From Gammaproteobacteria bacterium (GTDB lineage Bacteria > Pseudomonadota > Gammaproteobacteria > QZLD01), in contig QZLE01000140.1 in NCBI GenBank assembly GCA_004796365.1, positions 10,932 to 74,931 on the forward strand: a DNA stretch of 64,000 bases. The letters run 5' to 3'. A model generated the notes under the pieces. It did no database searches and was not told the origin of the DNA. It saw only the letters and a program-made list of their open reading frames with translations. Shown here in pieces: positions 56,565 through 64,000 of this stretch. The number at the start of each line of letters is the position of its first letter. Within the stretch, counting starts at the first letter, position 1. A program made the translations under genes and the position numbers.

Positions 56565-59093
56565 ATGATTGAGCAATATCAAAAACACGTTCTAGAAAGA
56601 GAAACGCAAAATATCCCGCCGGAATCACTAGATGCTGAGCAGGTTGACGGGGTTATTGAGATACTTTGCGGTTCAGATGCCGTAAATCGTGACCTTGCAA
56701 AAGAACTATTGATAAACAGAGTTCCTCCGGGAGTCGATGCGGCTGCTAAGGTTAAAGCCGACTTTTTGAATGATATTGCTCTTGGCAAAAAGATATCACC
56801 TGAAATATCTAAAAAAGAAGCCGTAACGCTTCTTGGTACAATGCTTGGCGGCTATAATGTTGGCTATCTCATTGATCTATTGGATGACCTGGATCTTGCT
56901 TTAGTAGCAGCTGAAGCGCTTAAAAAAACTATCCTTATCTTTGATGCGTTTGATGCAGTTGCAGCTAAGGCAGATATTAACGTACATGCTAAGCAAGTTA
57001 TTCAGTCTTGGGCTGATGCTGAATGGTTTACCGAAAAAGACCCCCTGCCTGAGCAGATTACTCTATGTGTATTTAAAGTAGATGGTGAAACCAATACTGA
57101 TGATCTTTCGCCTGCAGGCGATGCCTGGAGTCGTCCTGACATCCCTTTACATGCTAATGCAATGTTGAAAAGCCGCATGGACTCACCTCTAGAGAAAATT
57201 GCAGAATTGAAGCAAAAAGGCCATCCGCTTACGTATGTTGGTGATGTTGTCGGTACCGGATCGTCGCGAAAATCTGCCACAAACTCAGTTTTATGGCATA
57301 TAGGAACAGATATACCTTTTGTTCCCAATAAAAAGTCTGGTGGCTTCTGTATTGGTGGCAAAATAGCTCCAATTTTCTTCAATACCTTGGAAGATGCGGG
57401 TGCATTACCTATTGAGTGCGATGTAAGCCAATTAAACATGGGAGATATTATTACTATTTATCCTTATCAGGGGAAAATAGTTAATGACTCTACATCGGAG
57501 CAGGTTGCTGATTTTCGACTAAAAACCGATGTATTGCTTGATGAAGTTAAGGCTGGTGGACGCATACCGTTGATCGTTGGTCGCTCATTAACTAACCGCG
57601 CTCGTCAATACCTTGGCCTTGAGCCTTCAACAGAGTTCAGATCTGCTCCGGTTGCGACTGATACTGGCAAAGGATTTACACTTGCGCAGAAGATGGTTGG
57701 CAAGGCATGCGGTGTTGAAGGTATACGTCCAGGCACTTACTGCGAACCGACCATGACCACGGTTGGCTCGCAGGATACTACCGGCCCTATGACAAGAGAT
57801 GAGCTTAAAGAATTAGCCTGCCTCAAATTTAGTTCTGATTTGGTGATGCAGTCATTCTGTCATACATCAGCATATCCCAAATCAGTTGATGTAAAAATGC
57901 ACCAAACCATGCCTGATTTTATTCAGTCTCGCGGAGGGGTCGCCCTTCGTCCAGGTGATGGTGTTATTCATTCGTGGCTGAACAGAATGATCCTTCCAGA
58001 TACCGTTGGCACTGGTGGTGATTCACACACAAGATTCCCTATGGGTATCAGCTTTCCTGCTGGTTCAGGCCTGGTGGCTTTTGCTGCTGCATTCGGCAAG
58101 ATGCCGCTTGATATGCCTGAAAGTGTACTCGTCAGATTTAAAGGAGAGATGCAGCCAGGTATAACTCTGCGCGATTTGGTTAACGCCATACCTTATGTAG
58201 CAATTCAAAAAGGATTGCTAACAGTTGAAAAGTCAGGAAAAAAGAATGTGTTTTCCGGTCGTATTCTAGAGATTGAAGGCCTAGAGGATCTTTCGGTTGA
58301 GCAGGCATTTGAACTATCTGACGCATCGGCTGAAAGATCTGCAGCGGGTTGTACCATTAAACTTAATAAAGAGCCCATTATTGAGTTTCTACAGTCAAAT
58401 ATCTCACTTCTTAATTGGATGATATCGCAGGGGTATCAGCATGCTGAGACTTTGCAAAAGCGTATTGATGATATGCAGTCATGGATTGATTCTCCTGAGC
58501 TTTTAGAGGCCGACTCAGATGCAGAGTATGCGGAGGTTATTGAAATAGATATAAGTGAAGTAAATGAACCATTGCTTTGTTGCCCAAATGATCCAGATGA
58601 TATAAAAGCACTATCAGAAGTTGCAACCACTAAGATCGATGAGGTGTTCATAGGTTCGTGTATGACTAATATTGGCCACTATCGCGCTGCTGCAGAGATC
58701 TTTGATGGACTTGCAAATCTGCCAACACGGATTTGGATTTCGCCTGCAACCAGAATGGATGAAGCGCTGCTTATTCAGGAAGGTGCGTATAGCATCTTTG
58801 GCAAAACCGGAGCCAGAATGGAAATGCCAGGATGTTCTCTTTGTATGGGGAATCAGGCCAGAATAGCCCCAGGTTCTACCTGTATTTCGACATCAACTAG
58901 GAATTTTCCAAACCGAATTGGTGACGGTTCGGATGTTTACCTGGGATCTGCAGAGTTAGCGGCGGTTAGTGCTATTCTTGGTTATATTCCGGATTTTGAA
59001 GAGTACATGAAGTATGCTGAAAAGCTTGATGGCAAATCAAGGCGGATTTATAAGTATCTGGATTTTAGCCAGATGGAGGAGTATAAGGTTTAA
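56565..59093 (+). CDS. acnB: Aconitate hydratase B (bifunctional aconitase/2-methylisocitrate dehydratase)
   Basis: About 842 aa. AcnB-type N-terminus ([13 protein letters not shown]), and Fe-S cluster cysteines in IGSCMTN and CSLCMGNQA. Start at ATG 56565 (AGGAAG RBS). Confidence 0.97.
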   Translation: MIEQYQKHVLERETQNIPPESLDAEQVDGVIEILCGSDAVNRDLAKELLINRVPPGVDAAAKVKADFLNDIALGKKISPEISKKEAVTLLGTMLGGYNVGYLIDLLDDLDLALVAAEALKKTILIFDAFDAVAAKADINVHAKQVIQSWADAEWFTEKDPLPEQITLCVFKVDGETNTDDLSPAGDAWSRPDIPLHANAMLKSRMDSPLEKIAELKQKGHPLTYVGDVVGTGSSRKSATNSVLWHIGTDIPFVPNKKSGGFCIGGKIAPIFFNTLEDAGALPIECDVSQLNMGDIITIYPYQGKIVNDSTSEQVADFRLKTDVLLDEVKAGGRIPLIVGRSLTNRARQYLGLEPSTEFRSAPVATDTGKGFTLAQKMVGKACGVEGIRPGTYCEPTMTTVGSQDTTGPMTRDELKELACLKFSSDLVMQSFCHTSAYPKSVDVKMHQTMPDFIQSRGGVALRPGDGVIHSWLNRMILPDTVGTGGDSHTRFPMGISFPAGSGLVAFAAAFGKMPLDMPESVLVRFKGEMQPGITLRDLVNAIPYVAIQKGLLTVEKSGKKNVFSGRILEIEGLEDLSVEQAFELSDASAERSAAGCTIKLNKEPIIEFLQSNISLLNWMISQGYQHAETLQKRIDDMQSWIDSPELLEADSDAEYAEVIEIDISEVNEPLLCCPNDPDDIKALSEVATTKIDEVFIGSCMTNIGHYRAAAEIFDGLANLPTRIWISPATRMDEALLIQEGAYSIFGKTGARMEMPGCSLCMGNQARIAPGSTCISTSTRNFPNRIGDGSDVYLGSAELAAVSAILGYIPDFEEYMKYAEKLDGKSRRIYKYLDFSQMEEYKV

Positions 59094-59704
59094 TTAATCC
59101 TAATTAATGTCTTCGCAGTCTCTATGTATTTCTTTCTGCCAAATGCAATCTTTAGTTTGTTTCCACCATTCTGGCGCCATAAAACAGCAGATCTGATGGC
59201 AGAAAGAAGTAATGTGCGAATGATATCGACATTTTTTTGATTCTTGAGTGTCTGCTCATCCCCCTTGATCAAAATTCTGGGGGTCAGTTTGCTTATAGTA
59301 TTAAGATAAAGGTCAGCCAGATTTGCGATTACATTCTCATGGGTGATTTCAAAATAATCAGCCTGTGTTTTAGCCTTTTCGATTCCAGTAGCTAAAATAC
59401 CAAGTAGTTTGTTATTCTTAGAAACCTTGCTTTCAAGCTGCAATACAGTTAAAAAATGGCGAACAAATACTGGATCTGATTTTTTTAGACCGTCTTCAGC
59501 AATTAATTTTAGGCCTTCATATAAATTATCAACCGTTCCATAAACATCTATGGTATTTCCCGGATTAGTGGCGAAGATAGCATTGATGCAGGGTTCTAGC
59601 TCTAATATATCAATCTGTTCAGATTCTGCTAGCCTGGATATAAGCAGAAGCGGCTTTACAACGCCAGCTAGTGCAATGGTTTGATCTTCAATACTATTCG
59701 CCAT
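59090..59704 (-). CDS. hflD: High-frequency-of-lysogenisation protein HflD homolog
   Basis: 204 aa. Conserved position downstream of mnmA and an N-terminal TIALAGV pattern. Confidence 0.8.
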   Translation of the reverse strand: MANSIEDQTIALAGVVKPLLLISRLAESEQIDILELEPCINAIFATNPGNTIDVYGTVDNLYEGLKLIAEDGLKKSDPVFVRHFLTVLQLESKVSKNNKLLGILATGIEKAKTQADYFEITHENVIANLADLYLNTISKLTPRILIKGDEQTLKNQKNVDIIRTLLLSAIRSAVLWRQNGGNKLKIAFGRKKYIETAKTLIRIN

Positions 59705-59731
59705 AGTTTCTCCACCTTTCTATAAAGCATG

Positions 59732-60859
59732 TCACGCAAGTAATTCGACGTTTGTTAATGGCCTGTCTATTATGCCGCCACCAAGGCATTCATCTTCAAC
59801 ATAAAAAACTACTGACTGACCTGGTGTTACTGCTCTTTGCCTCGTTTCAAATCTTACCTGGTATTTACCACTATCCATGATAGTCACTTCGCACTTCTGA
59901 TCCGGCTGCCGGTATCGTGTTTTTGCACAGCAGATGAATTTTTTACCAGGGCACTTGCCTGATATCCAATGCAGATCAACAGCCTCTAAGCCTGGGGAAA
60001 GCAAAAGAGGGTGGTCGTGCCCCTGTGCCACAATAAGGGTGTTGGTCTTCAGATCTTTAGCTACTACATACCACGGCTCTTCTAACGCATCTTTTTGTCC
60101 GCCAATTTTGAGCCCTTTGCGTTGCCCCAAAGTATAAAAACTAAGGCCGTCATGCTTTCCTATTACCTCACCATCAGGTGTTTTCATTTCACCAGGTTTG
60201 GTCGGAAGATATTTATTTAAAAAATCTTTAAAGTCGCGTTCACCTATAAAGCAGATGCCAGTGCTGTCTTTTTTGTCAAAATTATCAAAACCGTTATCTT
60301 CAGCGATTTGTCTTACTTCTGGCTTGTCTAATTCGCCAACAGGAAATAACGATTTTGAAAGCTGGTATTGGTTAATTGCATGCAAAAAATAGCTTTGGTC
60401 CTTATTATCATCAAGCCCTTTAAGAAGAGAGAAGGAGCCGTCAGGGTTATTACGCCTGCGAACATAGTGCCCGGTAGCAATATACTTAGCTCCAAGGCGT
60501 TCGGCGTAATTTAGGAAGCTTTTGAATTTTATCTCCCTATTGCAAAGGATATCCGGGTTTGGTGTTCTTCCCGCTTCATATTCGCGTAGAAAGTACGCAA
60601 AAACATTTTCTTTATATTCTTTGGCAAAATTTGCGTTGTGTAGTGGGATTTCCAGCTCCTGACACACTAGTTTTGCGTCATGCCTGTCTTCAGATGCTGA
60701 GCAATAGGAATCGGTGTCATCGTCTTCCCAATTTTTCATAAACAAACCATGAACTTCATAGCCCTGCTCAATAAGCAGCAAAGCAGCAACAGAGGAGTCT
60801 ACCCCTCCAGACATTCCAACTATGATTCTTGTATTTTTATTTTCTTCAGAAGAGTTCAT
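59732..60859 (-). CDS. mnmA: tRNA 2-thiouridine(34) synthase
   Basis: PP-loop [10 protein letters not shown], catalytic cysteines and 375 aa. Confidence 0.96.
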   Translation of the reverse strand: MNSSEENKNTRIIVGMSGGVDSSVAALLLIEQGYEVHGLFMKNWEDDDTDSYCSASEDRHDAKLVCQELEIPLHNANFAKEYKENVFAYFLREYEAGRTPNPDILCNREIKFKSFLNYAERLGAKYIATGHYVRRRNNPDGSFSLLKGLDDNKDQSYFLHAINQYQLSKSLFPVGELDKPEVRQIAEDNGFDNFDKKDSTGICFIGERDFKDFLNKYLPTKPGEMKTPDGEVIGKHDGLSFYTLGQRKGLKIGGQKDALEEPWYVVAKDLKTNTLIVAQGHDHPLLLSPGLEAVDLHWISGKCPGKKFICCAKTRYRQPDQKCEVTIMDSGKYQVRFETRQRAVTPGQSVVFYVEDECLGGGIIDRPLTNVELLA

Positions 60860-60875
60860 GTATATAAAGAAGGTG

Positions 60876-61331
60876 TTATATCAAGTCTTTGATCAGATCT
60901 ACTGGAAATCTCTTGCCTAGCTTGTAGTCACTGATGCCTTGTAGAACCATTGGGCTGCGTAAACGAATGCTTTCCGCTTTGAGTTCTTCTTCAGAAGGCC
61001 ATAATGCTTCGAGAATTCCGTCATCCAGCTCCTGTTCTGGGTTGTGATCGACAACAGTTGCAGAGAAAACAAATCTCAAAAAGGTTTTATCCTTCTCCGG
61101 GTGTTTCCACTGGTATATTCCTACTAGATACTCAGGTTTGACTGTATATCCGGTCTCTTCCTGCGTTTCGCGGATTACAGCATCAAATAATGATTCATTC
61201 GGGTCCAGGTGGCCTGCAGGTTGGTTTATTACTTCTTTTCCATCAATCAGCTCTTTAACGCATAAAAAGCGGTTGTCCTTTTCAACAATAGACGCCACTG
61301 TTACATGCGGCTTCCATGTGTCACATTTCAT
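60876..61331 (-). CDS. nudJ: NUDIX hydrolase, NudJ-like
   Basis: Start set at [13 protein letters not shown], which aligns with the NudJ N-terminus. Nudix box [22 protein letters not shown]. Conserved nudJ-mnmA-hflD order. Confidence 0.8.
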   Translation of the reverse strand: MKCDTWKPHVTVASIVEKDNRFLCVKELIDGKEVINQPAGHLDPNESLFDAVIRETQEETGYTVKPEYLVGIYQWKHPEKDKTFLRFVFSATVVDHNPEQELDDGILEALWPSEEELKAESIRLRSPMVLQGISDYKLGKRFPVDLIKDLI

Positions 61332-61584
61332 ATCTTGTTCCAAAACCGTGTCTAAAAAGAGATATATATTATCTCGTATTGTTTTTATGCAAAACTGTTT
61401 ATTTAAAAACATTTTAAAATAAGAGGGGGCGAGCTAGCGAAAAATACTATCTTATTGGAACATTTACTGCTTAATAATTACATTTTTGAAAGTTTAATGG
61501 TTATTATACGGCGGTAGTATCTGTTATATTTTTATATGCAAATTGATCAAGCAAAACTGCAAAATAAATAAGGAGAATTTTAGC

Positions 61585-62373
61585 ATGCGTTGCCATGAAG
61601 TGGACTATGAGATAATTGGAGATGATATGCAGCTGGTGGAGGTTGAGCTAGATGGTGGTGAAACCGTTGTTGCTGAAGCTGGTGCTATGAACTATATGGA
61701 AGATGGAATAACCTTCGAAGCTAAGATGGGGGACGGGTCAACAGCCAATGAAGGAATTTTTGGAAAAGTATTGAGCGCTGGCAAGCGTGCAATCACTGGC
61801 GAATCAATTTTTATGACCCACTTTACTAATGCCGTAGGTGGAAAAAAGAGAGTTGCTTTTGCTGCACCATACCCTGGCAAGATTGAAGCTTTAAATATGG
61901 CGGAGTTTGGTGGCGAAATTATTTGTCAGAAAGATGCTTTTTTGGCAGCGGCTTTGGGTACAAAGGTATCGATCACTTTTACGAAAAAAATTGGTGTTGG
62001 TTTTTTTGGTGGAGAAGGTTTTATTCTCCAAAAGCTTGAAGGTGATGGAATGGCATTTATCCATGTATGCGGCACTCTGGTTAAAAAAGAACTGAATAAT
62101 GAAACTATTAAACTTGATACTGGCTGTGTTGCTGCATTTACACCAGGCATTGATTATTCAATTGAGCGTGCTGGTGGGCTCAAAAGCATGGTTTTTGGTG
62201 GTGAGGGATTGTTTTTAGCAACTCTCAGAGGGACTGGAACCGTATGGATTCAATCACTTCCATTCTCCAGACTTGCTGATAGAATTATCAAGAGCGCTCC
62301 AACAATTGGTGGAAGCCGTAAAGGTGAAGGCTCATTGCTTGGTTCTATTGGAGATATGATTGATGGAGATTAG
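61585..62373 (+). CDS. TIGR00266/AIM24 (DUF124) family protein
   Basis: Start at [10 protein letters not shown] (AAGGAGA RBS), with the characteristic repetitive beta pattern (GE.V.AEAGAM, GGEGF.LQKL.G.G). Confidence 0.7.
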   Translation: MRCHEVDYEIIGDDMQLVEVELDGGETVVAEAGAMNYMEDGITFEAKMGDGSTANEGIFGKVLSAGKRAITGESIFMTHFTNAVGGKKRVAFAAPYPGKIEALNMAEFGGEIICQKDAFLAAALGTKVSITFTKKIGVGFFGGEGFILQKLEGDGMAFIHVCGTLVKKELNNETIKLDTGCVAAFTPGIDYSIERAGGLKSMVFGGEGLFLATLRGTGTVWIQSLPFSRLADRIIKSAPTIGGSRKGEGSLLGSIGDMIDGD

Positions 62374-62424
62374 TTATCTGTTGTACATTAAGGCCAAATA
62401 ACTAAAAATTTAAGTATACAGTAG

Positions 62425-62456
62425 CTCGTCATTTCCGCGGAGGCGGTAATGACGAG
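62425..62456. repeat. REP-like hairpin CTCGTCATT-TCCGCGGAGGCGGT-AATGACGAG
   Basis: 9-bp outer stem plus 4-bp inner stem (CCGC/GCGG) in the spacer before the TraB/GumN gene. The 11-mer GCGGTAATGAC recurs at 8262-8272. Confidence 0.6.
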
Positions 62457-62477
62457 AATTTAATAAATGGGGATGAT

Positions 62478-63344
62478 ATGTTTAAACTAATCAAACTTTC
62501 TATTGCTTTAGCGCTTTTTTCAATTTCTTTCGTAAGCTATTCCAAAAGTTTTTTATGGGAGATAAAGGATAAAGACAACTCAGTGTTTTTACTTGGTTCT
62601 GTTCATTTGTTAAGGGAAAGTGATTTTCCTTTGAATAAAAGCATTATTAATGCGTTCGAATCAACTGAATTAGTTGTATTTGAAGCCGATATTTCTGCTT
62701 TGTCTTCTCCAAAATTCCAATATTTCACGTTACAGCAATCTATGCTCCCAAAAGGACAGACTTTAAAGACCTTATTACCACCAGATCTATATAAAACTAC
62801 TGCTAAAAAAATGCTTCGTAATGGGATAAAAATCGAGATGATGCATGGGTTTAAGCCTTGGATGGCTGCATTAAATTTACAATTGTCAGAGTTTAATAGG
62901 CTTGGTTATAAGCCCGAATATGGGGTTGATCAATTCCTCTACAGAAGGGCGCAGATGAAGGGTAAACAGACTAGAGGCCTTGAAACGCCTGAGTTTCAGA
63001 TAGCTCTTTTTTCAGAGCTAAGTTCAAAGCAGCAAGTTGAATTTCTAGCGCAGACTATAAAAGAGATGGATAAGGCCGAAAAAATGCTAAATGATATGCT
63101 CAAAGCTTGGAAAGTTGGTGATGCGAAAGCATTTTATGGGTACAACATCGAAAGCTTTAAAATGTATCCGGAGCTCATGAATAAATTGCTTATAAACAGG
63201 AATAAAAACTGGATCCCGAAAATAGTAGAATTAATAAATTCTGATCAAAACGCCATGGTCGTTGTTGGCTCCTTGCACTTGCCAGGTAAAGACGGTGTTT
63301 TGGACTTGTTAAGTAAAAAAGGCTATAAGGCCTTTCAGCATTAG
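62478..63344 (+). CDS. TraB/GumN family protein
   Basis: Signal peptide then FLWEIKDKDNSVFLLGSVHL, with a C-terminal VVVGSLHLPG motif. Confidence 0.8.
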   Translation: MFKLIKLSIALALFSISFVSYSKSFLWEIKDKDNSVFLLGSVHLLRESDFPLNKSIINAFESTELVVFEADISALSSPKFQYFTLQQSMLPKGQTLKTLLPPDLYKTTAKKMLRNGIKIEMMHGFKPWMAALNLQLSEFNRLGYKPEYGVDQFLYRRAQMKGKQTRGLETPEFQIALFSELSSKQQVEFLAQTIKEMDKAEKMLNDMLKAWKVGDAKAFYGYNIESFKMYPELMNKLLINRNKNWIPKIVELINSDQNAMVVVGSLHLPGKDGVLDLLSKKGYKAFQH

Positions 63345-63803
63345 CTAACACATGGTTGTTAATGTTGTATATATATTTGGAATAGCTAACATAATTTGAA
63401 ATAAGAAATTAAGGTTTATTCCTTGTAATCATTATAAAATGACCTTGTAAGAAAATTCTTATATGCGTAAGTAGTTGTCTATTTAGGGTAAAAGTGTGAG
63501 CTATTTAACATTTTCTAATCAACTTTTAGTGGATGTAAGAAAAATGTAATAATAGAGTGATTCGGATTTATTTGTGTGTTAGATGATTTTGCATGTTGAC
63601 TTCTTATTTTGATATTTGTTAACAGCTTTCAAGACAATCTGTATCAAACAGAAAAAAAGGGTAAGTTAGCTAAATTATTTATACTTGTTTATCATTAATA
63701 TGTCATAAGCTATTGAAAAAAAGGGTAAACATATGCTGTTTAAAAAATAACCAATTTAATAAAAGTGCAATAAAACTGGGGGGTCAGGCTAGATATTATT
63801 AAT

Positions 63804-63838
63804 TTGTCCACATAGTTATCCACAGGTTTTGTGGATAA
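63804..63838. promoter_or_regulatory. Cluster of three DnaA-box-like 9-mers (two exact, in inverted orientation)
   Basis: TTGTCCACA (63804-63812, 1 mismatch), TTATCCACA (63816-63824, exact) and TGTGGATAA (63830-63838, exact reverse). The two exact boxes also form a 9-bp hairpin followed by CTTTTTC. Confidence 0.45.
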
Positions 63839-64000
63839 CCTTTTTCTATATTTTCCTCTAATTTATAAGATCATAATATTTCTGTTTGGCGTGGTGACGT
63901 ATTAATTTGGTGCATAAGTGCGTTAATATTGTATGTATGTTATTACATATGTAAAAAATGTGAGCAATATCACATAGTTGCTTTTGAGGCGTTTTAGAGC

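Noticed and set aside
57002-57439. 145-aa minus-strand ORF inside acnB.
   Set aside because: It is antisense to a highly conserved enzyme gene and has no motifs. This is a typical shadow ORF.

Overview
The window looks like AT-rich gammaproteobacterial core chromosome. GC is in the high 30s percent by eye (not computed), and taxon is not assignable from sequence alone. Coding density is high and several conserved gammaproteobacterial neighbourhoods are present: rlmN-pilW-rodZ-hisS-yfgM-bamB, nudJ-mnmA-hflD, divergent rsgA/orn, ubiG-HAD phosphatase, qmcA-nfeD and hpt-mtnP.

I found no rRNA or tRNA genes, CRISPR arrays, transposases, phage genes or a recognisable defence island. Four loci are not routine housekeeping:

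1. **Pilus/secretion module (7-9783, minus strand).** It is MSHA-like and has an unusual order: an orphan sigma-54 response regulator, a GspA/ExeA-like ATPase fused to a SPOR domain, a lipoprotein secretin, a GspB/MshN-like TPR protein, an MshE ATPase with a textbook c-di-GMP-binding MshEN motif, and a GspF platform protein. It runs off the left edge of the window.
2. **Orphan lipoprotein and ydbH locus (13967-19453).** An approximately 884-aa lipoprotein is followed by a ydbH-like gene and a lipoprotein-YdbL ORF. This ORF may be a YnbE-YdbL fusion.
3. **Three-domain regulator (19977-21005).** An XRE-HTH, an autoinducer-binding-like domain and a LuxR-HTH sit in one protein. The gene lies between long AT-rich spacers and is bracketed by related TGTCAAC/GTTGACA palindromes.
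4. **Small uncalled signals.** These are a Leu-rich leader peptide upstream of a stand-alone leuA, REP-like palindromic elements, TGC-N3-GCA motifs upstream of a phasin gene, and a cluster of DnaA-box consensus sequences near the right edge.

I cannot demonstrate a clearly new multi-gene system. The candidates above are ranked honestly and need database or structural searches that I cannot run. Several ORF-track starts were moved to internal start codons where a signal peptide, a ribosome-binding site or family N-termini supported the change.
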